Made by a program: the position numbers and the translations under genes | Notes under the pieces: generated by a model | Database searches by the model: none | What the model was told of the DNA's origin: nothing | The model's input: only the letters and a program-made list of their open reading frames with translations | Part shown: in pieces, positions 50,101 to 64,000 of the stretch | Position numbering within the stretch: the first letter of the stretch is position 1 | How the letters are laid out: every line of letters begins with the position of its first letter | Assembly (NCBI RefSeq): GCF_041956535.1 | Contig: NW_027192193.1 | Location: 28,792 to 92,791 of the forward strand | Direction: 5' to 3' | DNA from: Calcarisporiella thermophila CBS 279.70 | Lineage: Eukaryota > Fungi > Calcarisporiellomycota | Length of the DNA stretch: 64,000 nucleotides

Positions 50101-51160
50101 GTTGCTGAACAAGTATATTGGAGCGAGTGAGAAGTCCGTTAGAGATCTCTTTGAGCGTGCTCAAGCCGCGAAGCCTTGTGTGCTTTTCTTCGATGAATTC
50201 GACTCGGTCGCCACTAAGAGAGGGCATGATAGTACTGGAGTGACAGATCGGGTGGTGAATCAGATGCTGACCCAAATGGACGGAGCTGAAGGATTGGAGG
50301 GGGTATACGTACTAGCTGCAACCAGGTAATCAAAAGAACCCCTATGAATGCATTCTATTTCGCATGCTCAATTGCTTCTCAATTTTCCTAGCCGCCCGGA
50401 TCTAATAGATCCTGCCCTGTTGCGGCCTGGACGCCTTGACAAGGCACTTCTTTGCGGGATTCCAACCGAGGAGGATCGCTACGAAATTCTCTCCTGTCTC
50501 GCATCCAAAATGAGCCTTGATAAGTCGATTGATTTACGGAACTACTCTCGTCGTTCGGAAGGATTTACTGGAGCCGATCTACAGGCCTTTCTGTACAACG
50601 CATACTTGGAGGCAATACATGATTGTGTAAGCGCCGAGAGTCTAAGCCGAACGCGAAAGCTGGAAGGAGAGGAGGAAGAAATGGCATTTACCGCCTTCGA
50701 AAGCATCGAGGGAGAGGGTGTGAAGAGCCAGAACATCACGGTGGCGGAACGGGGGTTAATCTCGCGTCGGGTTTGTATCCAATAGCCTACATGTTATAGT
50801 CAATCGCCTGTTTTGTTGACGTGTTTAATTTCGGGTAGCTTGGCCTCATCCGTAAGGGGCTAAGTCGCAACCATACGGACACAACCACTACTTCCAATCC
50901 TATTGCGGACCTACAGAAAAAAACGGTAAGCTGCTCATTTTGTGGCTCGTCTATCTTCTTATTTCCTCACAATTCCCCTTTAGGCCGTGATCACCGAACA
51001 ACACCTGGAAAAATCCCTGGCGGCAACTCGTCCAAGCATCACCCCTCAAGAGCATCAGCGCCTTGACGCCATCTATCGGGAATTTGTCAGTGGACGGAAT
51101 GGAGAGATGCCAACCGGTGAAGGGGTGAAAGAGATTGGAAAGCGTTCAACTCTAATGTAA
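47163..51160 (+). CDS. PEX1: Peroxisome biogenesis AAA ATPase Pex1, multi-exon
   Basis: [25 protein letters not shown] (Pex1 N domain), D1 GGHGSGKT, D2 [44 protein letters not shown]-terminal IGKRSTLM. Confidence 0.95.
48156..48190 (+). repeat. CAG/CAA microsatellite encoding poly-Gln in Pex1
   Basis: cagcagcagcaacagcagcaacaacag. Confidence 0.85.
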
Positions 51161-51350
51161 TATTCCAAGTTTCAATAGAGCAAATTAATTTCTTTAGAGT
51201 TTCTATGTTTATAATAAAGTAATAAACATAAGAAATTAATGGGGAAAAAAAAAGGATGCATATATATATAAATATTACAAAAAGGAAGAATCGGAAACAG
51301 GAAATAGAAGAGAAACAGCAGATTTCTCCAAAGGACAACAAAAATAAAGG

Positions 51351-53025
51351 CTACAATAAGTCATCGTCATCTTCATGCTGAGGTGGTTGAGGCCTAGAGG
51401 GTGAACTTGTTGGAGGGGGTTGCACAGGAGACGAATAAGCTTCATGAGGATGTTTCTTGATCCCGAGCGACGAAAAGTGTTCATTGAAGTCATAATCCGA
51501 TGCCTCCTGTAATGGCTCTACACCAGCATTAGATTTCGTGGGTGGAGCCGGTTCAGGAGCGTCTGGTGAGTAGGCTTGACCATAAATTGGCGGCAGAGGT
51601 TTTGTATCCTCATAAGGACTTGAACTTGATTGCTCGATGGCTGGGGCCTGACCACCAGAGGGCAGTGGATATTTCGATGGTGTAGAAGGTTGCCATTGAG
51701 TCTGGGACCCTTGCCATTTTTCATTTTGTGTGTTGGGCGGCGCAGGTGGGGTGTACGCATGCACCTGAGAAGCAGGCGCCTTTGGCTTTTCATCGTAGCG
51801 GTGTGCAGATCCTACAGGTTGGAAAGGCACCTTATTATCTCGCGGATAATCACTTCTAGCATAATTGCCCGCAGAATAAGCCGGAGGAGGAGCATTTCCG
51901 GGTGGTGCGAGTCCACCCTCGCCTCCCCCGCTCAGCATATCTCCAGGAATCCGCAGAGAGTGGACTAGTCGAGTCACCTCCGCATCGAGAAAATTGACAC
52001 TTGGCTTGCGAATTGTTGCGTTGAGAATTTCCTGGTCATTCTGCTCGAAAGCCTCAAGAAGTGCTTGTGCTGTGGCAGCCTCGTCGGAGCCTAGGAAACC
52101 AGGATCTTGTCCACTAAGAGATCATACAGACCCGTGGATTAGAGACTTCCTTCAAGCAATTCAGAAGTAAATACTTACATGCACGCTTCAAACTGTCGAC
52201 CAGCTTCAACCTCATCGCCCAAAGCCAGAAGAACAATCACTATTGTTAAGAAGGATTTATGCAAAAAGCTCTTGCCGGTCATTGTGGAAAGAATTTTGCA
52301 TTGGCGCTGGAGCATTTCGACAGCTTGCTCAAAACTTTAAGCGGATTATTATTAGATTTTGACTCTCTCCAAAGATTAAAATATCTTACCGCTTGTGTCG
52401 AATCATGAGCGAGATTGTCTGCTTAAAAGTATCTAGGGCCATTCTCCCTCGATCTTCTGACTCATATAATCCGCAAGAGGCCACGTAATATTCCAAAGCA
52501 GCATCGATATTGACCGGCTCCAGACACTTCCCGGCTCGCTCAAGCATTACAGCGGCTCTATCCGCGGACATATGAGCTTGGTATAGATCACTAGCTTTCT
52601 TGTAGCATTCTGCTGCTCTCTCGGGCTGCCGCATCTGCTGGGCAATTATTTGAGCAGCGGACTCAAGTGCTCTTGCGGCCATGTAAACCCTGCCCAAAAG
52701 ACCCATATAGGTGAGACGATGCAAAAGATTAGACGAAAGATCGAGTGGCAATATTTACGCATCGGCTTTCAATAATGCTTCGGACGCCTTTGTATACGCA
52801 GTAACGGCCTGTTCATATGATCGTGCTGCCTTAAAGCATGTCCCAGCTTTCTCGTAGTATTGGCCAGCGATGTCCCAATCCGGCTTCTTGAACCAGCTCT
52901 TCGTGGAGCTAATAGGTGGAAAGACATCACAATAACAGTAATAAACTAGCATAGTCAGCGGATACGCACGCTTTATCTCCATCAGCCATGAACTGAGCAC
53001 CTTCGCGAATTTTGCTTGCCTCCAT
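51351..53025 (-). CDS. Gamma-SNAP-like protein (NSF attachment protein) with Pro-rich C-terminal insert
   Basis: KSWFKKPDWDIAGQYYEKAGTCFK, TPR-like SNAP helices, acidic C-terminus EDDDDLL. Confidence 0.8.
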
Positions 53026-53217
53026 TATTAAGTCGATTTTCAATAAAAAAAAAGGGCGTTGCTTGGAGATTCAACCCCTAGAATTAATTATGAAATGGAT
53101 CTCTGATGAGATAGCTCTGGATAACCGTTGTGACTGCAAAACGAGCAAAGCCACTAATATGTTTACAATACACTGAGAAAGTAGTCCGCTCCGAAGAACT
53201 TATTGTCTCGAGACTCA

Positions 53218-56200
53218 ATGGAGGCGAAGGAGAATAAGGCCCATCGGCCGCGGCAAGCAGGAAGCAAGGCGGATAAAAAGAACAATAAGCAGAATAAGCA
53301 GAATAATGAAAAGAATCCCAAGGTAAAGCTTATCGGAATGAGAATGAAATTGTCTTTTTATAAGGCTAAGTTATGCTAATTGCCCATATGATCACAGGCA
53401 TTTGCCCCCTTCAAGGGAAGAAAGGCCGACAAGGCCGTACGACGTAAACTCGATCTAAATGAGAAGAAATTACATGTTCCTCTCGTAGACAGAACCCCCA
53501 TCGAGCCACCTCCTATCGTTGTAGCCGTTGTAGGCCCACCTGGAGTCAGTATTCTTTCGTGCTCGGAATTACTAGCCCGATTGAATGTGTTACTAACCTT
53601 GATACATTCTGTTTGCCCATCCATGTAGACTGGAAAGACGACCCTAATTAAATCGCTTGTAAAGAGATTTACAAAGCACAGTCTCTCGGAGATCAAGGGC
53701 CCGATTACGGTTGTCAGTGGAAAGAAGCGCCGACTAACATTCATTGAGTGTGCAAATGATCTCAACGCCATGATCGATGTAGCTAAAATTGCTGACTTGG
53801 TATTGTTGTTAATCGACGCTAGTTTTGGCTTCGAAATGGTAATATTCTTTGTTTTTTTGGCGATAAGCTATTACGGGTTTTTGCGTTTGCCGAATCAGGG
53901 ACTAACGGCTATTTTGCGACATATAGGAAACCTTTGAGTTCCTTAACATTCTGCAGGTACACGGGTTTCCTCGCATCATGGGCGTCCTCACTCATCTCGA
54001 CCATATCAAAAAAACAAAAACTCTACGAAACACCAAGAAGCGGTTAAAACATCGTTTTTGGACCGAAATCTATCAGGGTGCAAAACTCTTCTATCTCTCC
54101 GGAGTCATCAATGGTCGCTATCCTAATCAGGAAGTTCACAATTTGTCGCGGTTCATATCTGTGATGAAATTCCGCCCGCTAATTTGGCGCAATACCCATT
54201 CCTATATGCTCGCTGACCGCATGGAGGATCTGACCGACCCCGAGGCGGTAAGAAAGGACCCGAAAATGGATCGAACGGTCACTCTGTACGGCTATTTGCG
54301 GGGGACAAACATGAAACAGGGTGGAAAGGTGCATATTCCAGGGGCAGGTGATGCCTATATAGAAGAATTAAGTGTCCTCACCGACCCGTGTCCACTGCCC
54401 GATAAAGTTCGGAGGAGTTTGAGCGAAAAACAAAAGTTAATTTTTGCACCCATGAGCGATGTAGGAGGTATCATGTACGATAAAGATGCAGTGTATATTA
54501 ATGTACCAGGAAGCTTTACAAAGAAGGCAGGAGCGGAGGCTGAGGATGGAGATGAAGGTATTTTTTTTTTTCACTTAACCGCACTGAACGATATTCAAAC
54601 ATCTTACATAATCCCTATTTTTTCTTAAAGAAGATGAAGTTCACCAAGGTCCGGGCGAAAAAATGGTCATCGACCTACAAGACGCCCCAGACACCCTTGC
54701 AGCTCAATTAAATGAAAGCGAACTGCCCATCTTCAGCAATACCACTATGCGTGCAGAAGATTTAGATAACGAGGAAGAGGATTCGAGTATGCCAAATCAC
54801 GGAGCCTACGAAAAAATCGTCACGGATATCAATGGACGCCGTAGGCGGAAGGCTATGTTTGCTGGAGAAGAAGATGAAGAAGACGACGATGATGATGATG
54901 AAGAGCAAGGAGAAGAAGACCAGTCTGAGGAAGAGGAGTTTGAGGATGATGAAGAGGTGGAGAGTGGTGAAGACGAAGGGGAGGGTGAAAAGTCTGACAG
55001 GCGAAGAGCATTCAGCCGTTACGAAGTCCGACACTTTGACGATAAAGATAGCGATGCAAGCGACGGTGAGCAAAAAGAGGAGCAGATTGTGTATGCTGAG
55101 AGCGACAGTGACCTTGGTGATTTAAGTGATGATGATGATGTTGTTGAGGACGGCGGAGAGTTGCGATGGAAATCTAACTTGGCCGAGCGGGCTCAACAAA
55201 TGTTTTATTCCAAGAGACGCGTCAATATCATGCAGCTTATCTATGACCGGACCGATTTAACGCCTGAGCAGATCGCAAAGGGAGATATCGATCAAGAAGA
55301 AGAATCTCAAGACGTCGATGGAGAAGCTAGCGAGGAGCAAGGCAGCGATGATGAAGAATTCTTTGAAATAAAACGCTCCGACCAAAGTCAAATATCCAAA
55401 TCCGACAGCGCCATCGATTCCAACAAAGCTGCACTACATTATGAAGATCTCGATGACTGGGATGACGAGGAAGCGCTTGAGTCGATCCGCAATCGATTCA
55501 TCACTGGATCCCTGGATGGGGACGAGGTGAACGGAGAAGGCAACGAGCAATCCGCCGCAAATGAAGAAGAAGAGGATGAGGTGTACGGTGATTTTGAGGA
55601 CCTTGAAGCTGGCGAAACCGGCGCCGCGCCCAACGGCAATCAAGAGGAAAAATCTGCAGAGGAGCTAGAGCGCGAAGCACTCGAGAAGAAGAAAGAAGAA
55701 CTCAAACGTAAATTTGACGCCGAGTATGACGGGGATAATGAGGGCCCAAAACAGGACTTTTACGAAGAGGAGAAGGATAAAATTGCACAGCAGTTGCAGA
55801 TCAACCGCGAGGAATTTGAGGACGATGACCCAAGCGTGCGTGCTCGTGTTGAAGGGTTTAGGGCGGGCTCGTATGTTCGTGTCTTACTAAAGAACATGCC
55901 ATGCGAATTCGTACAGAATTTCAACCCCCACTACCCAGTCATTGTTGGAGGGTTGCTGCACACAGAGGAAAACTTTGGCTTTGTACAGGTAACTAAATCC
56001 ATTTAGCTCACTGTATTATTTCTTGATATTAACTCCCTCTTTGAACTAGGTCCGAATCAAGCGGCACCGTTGGCACCGCAAAATTCTTAAAACAAATGAC
56101 CCTCTTATCTTCTCTATTGGATGGCGCCGCTTCCAGTCCATTCCTATTTACTCCCTTAATGATGGTACTCGCAATCGTATGCTTAAATATACCCCAGAAC

Positions 56201-57353
56201 ATATGCACTGCCTTGCCACATTCTATGGTAAGATCTAGCTCTTCTCACTGACCAAATTTGATCCTTTTGTGACCTCTTCAATGGAATAGGACCCATCCAC
56301 GCGCCAAATACAGGTGTCTGCGCAGTTCAATCAGTTACTGAGAATTCCAACGCTGCTTTCCGCATTAGCGCCACTGGTGTCGTGCTAGACATCAATCAGT
56401 CTGTGGAAATCGTGAAGAAGCTTAAGCTCACGGGAACACCTTACAAGATCTACAAGCATACTGCATTCATCAGAGACATGTTCAACTCTGCCCTTGAAGT
56501 GACAAAGTTCGAAGGTGCAGGAATACGCACCGTGTCAGGAATTCGTGGACAAGTGAAGAAGCCCTTGGCTGTAAGTATTCTATTTGAAAACCTCTTCTTC
56601 CCCTCCCCCTCAAGCTAAAATATTTAATACCAACCATTGCATCTAGAAACCCGAGGGTCACTTCCGTGCTACGTTCGAGGATAAAATCCTCAAGAGCGAC
56701 ATTGTATTTTTGCGTGCATGGTATCCCATCAAGCCTCGCAAATTCTACAACCCCGTTACCTCTCTTCTGCTCGCAGATAAAAACTCATGGCTAGGAATGC
56801 GCCTCACATCACAAGTGCGTCGTGAGCAGGGATTACGTGCACCACAAAATCCAGACTCAACTTATAGAGTAAGTGCTATTCTCCAACCATTTCTCCATAC
56901 CCAAGTGTTTACACCTCTCTCCTTTGCCTCGCTGCTTCCTTCCAATTGCTTTCTTAGCCTATCGAACGTAAAACGCGTCGATTCAACTCCCTACGTATTC
57001 CCAAGTCTCTGCAATCCGAGCTGCCGTTCGCCTCTAAACCCAAGATCACTGGCAAACGCACAACCAAGGGCTACCTGCAGAAGCGTGCAGTAGTGCTCGA
57101 ACCGGGAGAGCGCAAGATCTACACTCTGATGCAACAACTCAACACGCTGAAGCACGAGAAGATACGAAAACGCAAGTTGAAGCAAGAAGAGAAGCGCGGA
57201 GAATATCTGCGCAAGAAGGCGAAGCTCGATGCCGATTCCGCAGAAAAAGACAAGGAGCGACGAAGAGAGTACTATCGGAAGGAAGGGAAGAAAGCGGCGG
57301 CAAGCGAATCCTCTTCCCGGAAGCGAATCAAAGTAGCAAAAGTTTCCTCATAA
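53218..57353 (+). CDS. BMS1: Ribosome biogenesis GTPase Bms1, multi-exon
   Basis: [20 protein letters not shown]|[37 protein letters not shown], acidic linker, [33 protein letters not shown]. Confidence 0.97.
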
Positions 57354-57544
57354 TCCATTACCCTCGCAATTAATACAAATAAAGCAATTCTTGGATATTT
57401 ATTGGACGCTTTTCCTCACTACGATCCTGAAGCACAAGAAAAATAACAAATAACCAAATTTTCATTTTTTAAGCAATCATATTACATTATTTCAGGGCAA
57501 TTTCTAACATTAGATATCACATAAGGACCATCATTTAGTTATAA

Positions 57545-59345
57545 TTAAGAGCTATTGTCCGGCTCCTCGCTCTTCTCTCTCTCATTACTGTTGTCCTTCT
57601 CTTCGGTATCATTCGGGAACAAGAGGTGAGGCCGTTCATTAGCCACCTCCAACAACAGCTCTCCGAAAACTGTATTCGCCCATGCAAACCAGTCTCGCGA
57701 GAAGTCCGAGGGGTTGTCGACATCGAAGGATTCATGCATAAGGCCAGTACCGCCGGTCGTGTCCCGCAACGTTCTTAACATCCTTTTGATCTCTTCATCG
57801 CTGGTCGACGTTAGTGCCTGCATGGCGAAGGCGAGTGGCCAGGGCCGCTGTAGCCCCGTATGGGGTGAGCCGATCCCGGGGTATTTACCTCTCGCGTAAT
57901 AAGGATTCCAGTTTGAAAGAATGAATCGACGGGTCGTTAGGTATACTGGGTCGTCCTTCTTGACAAATCCAAGTGAAGGAAGCGAAAGCAGCGATGGTAT
58001 GTTGGCATCGTCCATCAAGAGGTGTGAGCCATAGCCATCAACTTCGTAAGCATACATGCGCCCAAATTCTGGGTGGGTCACAATGCCATATTTATCGATT
58101 GCCTTTCGCACCTGCTTTGAGAGCTCACGAGCATCTTTTGAAAGCTCTTGAGCCAGATCTTTAGCATTGAGTATTTCGGCAAGCTGATCCAAGCCTACTG
58201 CAGCCATTGCGTTCGCCGGGATAAGGAACGGAAAGATCGAGCTGTCGTCCGAAGGCCGGAAGTGCGATTTAATTAGGCCGCATTGACTAACGGGATTTCC
58301 GATTCCATTCAACGAGAGTGTTTCCGTTGTGGTTCGAGTAAGACGCGTAAAATTGTATGCAGAGTGGTTCAATTCCTCAAAAGTCCCCTTCTGCTGTACC
58401 CTCATTGTCATCACGACTAGCTTTGCGGCCTCAAGCCATTTGGGATTCTTCGTGAATGACGCGTCGCCCGTAGCATTGAAGTAGCGATATGAAAGACGTA
58501 GGAACGAGGCAAGGCTATCGAGCTCGTACTTAGCCTCCCATACCACGGAAGCGTCATAAGGGGGATAGACTTGATCGGACTGGGCCCATTTGTTCGTTTG
58601 AAACTTAATTTGGGCTTCCTTGGGGGGACGGAAGGCGTTTCCATATGGGTATGAAAGGATTTGCTCGGCTTGCATGTTAATGACCCCAAGAATTAAACGC
58701 TGTAGCGCAGGATCTTCCGGGGCATAGGGGATATACGGGAGTACCTATTGGAGAAACAATGAAGAGTAAGACCTCTCTAAGCCTTGTAGCGCTTGCCATA
58801 AACCCATACCTGGTTAGTGGAGTCGCGTAACCACATGGCAGGGATATCTATCGAGGTGAAAAAGAAAATGGGGTAATATTTCCACACTGAAATAAGGAAC
58901 AACCAATGTATACTCTATTTACCTCCTGTGATAACAAAAGTAAGCGGCACATTTCCACTGTCCTTGTGCCATGCAATTGTAGTGTCTATCGATGAAAGGA
59001 TATCAGAAACAAGATAGTGTCCTCAAAATTCCTCCTCTGTCAAAATTTATATTCTCTATATTCACCTAAGGTATTCGGAAAGCAGTTCTGGAACATCATG
59101 GCAAGATCCTTATCCGCCATTCGCTTGGTCATGTTCGCAATTACTTTTTCAATCGCGTCGCTGCTAAATTTTCGCTTACCTCGTGGAGGACGCGCATTGG
59201 GCAGTTTTAATGGCCCAGTCGAGTTGGTATGAACTTCAGAGTCAGGAGAATCAGGATGTCGTTTGTACGGGTGAGCCATGACGGCATGGAAGCTGAGAAC
59301 AGCACAAATAACTGCAAACAACAGCAGGCATAGAGCTTTTGACAT
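57545..59345 (-). CDS. GH125 exo-alpha-1,6-mannosidase (DUF1237), secreted, multi-exon
   Basis: Signal peptide, FQNCFPNTL, DIPAMWLRDSTNQ, WEAKYELDSL, MDDANIPSLLSLP, MHESFD..FSRDWFAWAN. Confidence 0.92.
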
Positions 59346-60429
59346 TACTAGCAACAAATCTGATTAGAGGACCACGCGCATCAAGTTGAGAGAAGGGGAA
59401 TGGAAAACTCGGTGAGCGTCTGCACAGGCTCACGTTTATACAAGACGATGGCCTAGTTTCCCGCGCTTCCTTCTCTGTGAAAAACTTTAAGCGAGGTTGT
59501 ACGAAAAGGCTAAAGGGAAACTGAGAGAGGGATCAGGGGAAGATTTAATAAGCAAGATACAGGTGCGCTCCCTACAAACATGCAGGCCATTCACATGGGA
59601 GATGGTCGAAAGCAGGTTAGTTTGCTTAGTTGAGCGGGTCAATCAAGTTTATTTTATTTCTATTACTATCTGGTCGATGGGATTATACAATCGGTCAAAT
59701 TTACAGCATTTGATCTGATTTCATTTACGACTGGCTCCGAAATATGACCAACGGATGATTGAAGGAGAAATAGAAAACTTCCTCTAGGGACATAGGGGAC
59801 CGATTGGATACTGCCGATCTTGGAAAGATTTCCCAATACATAGTACGGCCGAATCAGAGGGGGACTCCCATCTCAATGGGCAAGAACATATAGCACGGAT
59901 AGTTATGTACTAAGCCAAACGCATCCTTGGTACTCCATGTATACTACGGTATACTCCAATGTCTATTATAGTATACTACATCTTTGGATCAATAATCCCT
60001 ACCGCAGAACGGACATAATCCGAGGGAGGGGGGGACAGCCTCGAGATGTGAAAATCCTACTATTACTTAGAATTGAAATTGTTCAATATTAGAAATGCCT
60101 TTTTATGTAAGATAGAATTGCACGTCAATATTTGGTGTCCATAACGGAATGTCATCCTGAGAAGGAGAGGTAGTAGCGATAGAGTATAATGGTATCAGCA
60201 AAAGAGAGTCTAATATTTAGCTTATCTTTAAAATTTTAAGAATATTAAATGGCATCGGCAACTACACTAAAGATAAAAGAGGAAAATAAAAAAACAACTT
60301 TTGCTTGACGCAAGCGGAATAGGAGGAAAATAAAAAATACAGCGGATAGAGAGAGCATATGGGATAACTAGAAGGTAATAAATAACATCCACATAGGAAA
60401 TCTCTGCGATTGCATAGGGGGAAATCGAA

Positions 60430-63400
60430 TTAGTTAGGATTCGATTTGAGCCAGTTGGCAACATCTTGGGCGTCGCGAGTGACCCAACCAATACGCACGC
60501 GAGCACTCTCTATGGCCTGCTGCAGATGGCGGGTGTAGCTGCTAGTATCTTGCTGTTGCTTGAAAAAGGCCTCGGCATCGTCGAGGGCAGCTTGTGAGGC
60601 GAAATTACCCACGCTGCTTTTGATGATGTTGCCAAGCAAGTTGGTGGTGCCCTGGTAACGGTCGAGGAGCGTCTTCCAGTTCTCCTTAATGAAAGCCCAA
60701 AGAGCAGGGCGAGCCTCGGGATTGTTTCCAAGAGCGGCGAAGGGAGTGTTGATGTCCTGGTTACGTACCTCACTGCTAAGACTCAGATTCAGGGTGCGCT
60801 GGATAAGCTCGGGCTGCTTGGCATAGCCAAGGGCACGGAGGGCAAGCAGTTTCTGGTCGATCAGGGGGCTTTCGCGGTAGAGCTTCAATACAGCCTCATA
60901 CTCGGCAACACCGCCTGTCGCAACCACAACCTCGTACACGAATTGCCGCACGTTGGGGTTGAGCGCGGAGGCATTACCCTGCACAAAGCTGTTGAAGCGA
61001 GCCTTGGCTTCATTCACCACATCAGTGTCGTTGGCACGCGCAGCAGCCGCCAAGACATTTGTACGCCTCGTCACGGTAATGTAGTCCTCGCCATCAGCGA
61101 AATCCCACCCAACCTGCTTCGCCAGATTGGCGAACACTTTGCGTTGGATGTCCAACAGTCCAGCCCGAGCCTCCTGCGGCTGTTCGGACCACGCGGCTCG
61201 GAATGAAGCCAGCCCCGTGGCCACCTCTCCAAGTACAATGGGGTTCTGTTCATTCTGATAAGCCTGCACAAGACTGAGATAGTTGCTGGTCTTGTCGTAT
61301 CCAGCCTTGGCAAGGTGCACGGCATCGGTGATAAGGTTCAATCGGTCAGTGTCGTTGAACACACCGCCCTTCTTAACGGCCTCAATAATCTTGTTGAGCA
61401 AATCGGTGGAGTACTTGACACGATATACTCCATCGAAATCATGGTTGAGTTTGATGATGTTACCCTTGACTTCGAAAGTGCCCTCACGCTCAGTGAGCGT
61501 AAGGTTATTGGGGGTGGCATTCTCTCCCGCGTCAGGGCTGTAGACGAAGAGCGGAACGGGCCAAATGGTGGTATCTTCCTCGGGCTTCGCGTCTCCAGAG
61601 GCGATAAAGCGATTCTGTTTGACATGGATTTTACCCGGTTCGGGTTGGTCCACGGTAATCAAGGGGAAACCAACCACCTTAGTCCAAGGCGACATGAACT
61701 TATTGACATCGATGCCAGATATCTCACCGAGAGTGGCCCAGAGATCCTATTAAGATGGAGCGAAAGCACGGGATAAGAAAAGATGAGTGAGCCAGAACTT
61801 TCATCCGTCCTACAATCGAGTATGCTTACCGAAGTCTTTGCATTTCCGAACTTGTGCTTGTCAAGATAAGCACTCACACCCTTGAGGAACACCTCTTGAG
61901 TCAGATAAGAGTCGGCCATGCGGATCACACTAGAGCCCTTGCTGTAAGAAATGTCATCAAAGATCTGGACGGCGTCTGCAGCAGCGCGCACGTTAGCCTC
62001 GATGGGGTGGGAGGAGCGCAGAGCATCTAGAATGAGACCACTCTCGACTTCATCGGCAACGAAGTAGGTCCAATGGTTCCATTCGGGGAAGAGGGTGTCC
62101 ACGGCCAGAGCAGCGATCCAAGTGGCGAATCCTTCGTTGAGCCAGAGATCTGCATTCAAGGGGGGAGAGTGGGGTATATTGAGCAACCTGCATTCCGAAC
62201 ACCGAATAATCAGCCTACTACTTACCATTCCACCAGTCCATTGTAACGAGGTTACCCGTCCATTGATGGGCCAGCTCGTGGGCCACCACGCTTGCCACAC
62301 CCAACTTCTGGCTAGCGCTCGACGATTTCTCATCGTAATAAAGTCGCGAGGCTCTGTAAGTAACCAATCCCCAGTTCTCCATGGCACCGCTAGAGAAGTC
62401 CGGCACCGCAAGCATATCCAGTTTGGGGAGAGGGTAGGGTTGCTTAAAGGTCTTGGCGTAGTATTCTAAGACGCGAGTGGCGACATCCAAAGCAAACTTT
62501 CCGAGTTCCTTATTGCCGGGAGTAGTGTAGACACGGCAGAGCACCGGTTTCCCACCATTATTTTCGCCGGTGGTTTTGGCCTCGATGTATTCGAACTCTC
62601 CAACGGCGAAAGCAACCAGCTGCACGATGAAGAGAAATAGGGGAATAAAATTTTCAGTTAGATGCAAAGGGATCACACCATGATCAGGTGAAACAGTGTC
62701 TTACGTAGGTACTAATAGGTACGGATTGGGCAAATCGTACCCGTTTCAGCCCGCCATCAATGTTGGTCTCCTCCAATACATTCATGTTGGAGAGGGCGAC
62801 CTTATCTTGAGGCACCACGAGAGTGATGTTATAAGTAGCTTTCAGGTTGGGCTAGAGGATAAACAAAAAAATTATCCGATCAGTATTTGGACGGAAGGAG
62901 GAGGGGGCATGATCACCTACCTCATCCCAGGACGGGAATGCGCGTCTAGCATCTGCGGGCTCAAAATCTGTGCTTGCCATGTAGCGGGTCTCGTTTCCGA
63001 CGGTATACTTGCTGCGGTAGAAGCCGCTGAGTCCTTCGCTGATGTTGCCGCTGAAGCGGACATTAAGAAGAGCGGTGGTATTTGCCTTGAGTGGTTCGGG
63101 AACCACGACGGTGATGCGCTGGCCCTCGATATCATAGATCACGCCAGACTCGGGGATGGCGTGTTCCTTGTCAGGAAGACGCACAGTGGCGCTAAGAACC
63201 TTGTGGCCGATATCATTGAAGGTGATGTTGGCCCCATCCTGCTGGACAATCAAACTGTGAGAATAGGCAAGAAAGAGTCAGTGTCTGCTGAAGTTTCCAG
63301 GCTCCAAACAGGCCGATACTCACTGAGTCGTGATGTCGCCCTCGTATGTGAAGGCAGCTAGATTCGGGGTGATGGTCAGGTCATAATGGGTTGGTTTAAC

Positions 63401-63502
63401 GTTTTGCGGAAGGATGACCCTTTCGGTGGAGGGGGCGGGCGGGTTCTGGGCCACGGCCGAGAGGACGCCGAGCCCAAGGATGAGAGCCAACTTGGCGAGC
63501 AT
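60430..63502 (-). CDS. M1 family zinc aminopeptidase (Ape2/PSA-like) with signal peptide, multi-exon
   Basis: PTHYDLTITP, GFYRS, FEPADARRAFPSWDE, GAMENWG, HELAHQW..LWLNEGFA, IFDDISYSKG, ERAP1-like C-terminal domain. Confidence 0.95.
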
Positions 63503-64000
63503 CTTAAGGCTGCTGCTCGAGGAGGTCAAGGGGACGAAAGTCGGGAATGAAAAGGCAGAAAAGAATTCAGGGCGAAAACTTCTCACCCCCTTCGATTATA
63601 AAAGGAGAGGAGAAAAACGGTTTCACGAGAAATAAAAAAAATTTCTCACAAGAGTTTAAGTTTCCTGGAAAAAAATCAAAGTCCAAAAGGTTCCGCGTGG
63701 TTTTGTGAAAGGACATTGAAATTGAAGATCTCGGAGAGGAGGTTTGGGCAGTTTTGGCAAAAGCAAATGAGAGGCTCAATTTCTTAATTAGGGCGAAGGA
63801 TACACATTTACAAAGCATTGCGGAGATTATTTCCTCAACCGTGTTCATATGGCCTCTCACATGGTTTAAGCACAGACGCTAACGCCTTTGTAGAACCATA
63901 TGGCAAGGCTGGGCCTGCTTCGTCATTATTGTGCACCTATGATGCTAATGGAGGACCAGCCAGCTCGATAGGGAGATGAGGTGTTCCCTGTTACCGTCGC

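Noticed and set aside
59930-59982. Short TATACT(A/C)C repeats as a CRISPR-like or regulatory array
   Set aside because: Irregular, very short, no spacer periodicity; eukaryotic context.

Overview
Eukaryotic (fungal) genomic DNA with short spliceosomal introns. Gene content (gamma-SNAP, CENP-E-like kinesin ending in CaaX) suggests an early-diverging, non-Dikarya fungus; this is inference. About 1-31.5 kb is an AT-rich, transposon-rich accessory block: GST, MULE relic, BAHD acyltransferase, GMC oxidoreductase pseudogene, tyrosinase, PIF/Harbinger element broken by an L1/Tx1 fragment, acid sphingomyelinase and a MITE. About 32-64 kb is a gene-dense housekeeping block: kinesin-7, F-box/R3H protein, CC1-box coiled-coil protein, RPL10, CCDC124/Lso2, PSP1-like, PEX1, gamma-SNAP, BMS1, GH125 and an M1 aminopeptidase. 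The most striking part is a retroelement pile-up around one tRNA-Glu(CTC) gene (18965-19036). Downstream lies a decayed ~5 kb restriction-like-endonuclease (RLE; NeSL/Utopia/R2-type) non-LTR retrotransposon and shorter relatives, each preceded by the tRNA-Glu 3' end plus terminator, which suggests tRNA-specific insertion that leaves the gene intact. Upstream, three copies of a tRNA-derived SINE sit head-to-head about 81-84 bp from a Pol III cassette with ~16 bp TSDs; one appears to have used an older SINE's own head as its landing pad. An assembly gap (19695-20431) lies inside this cluster and limits certainty.
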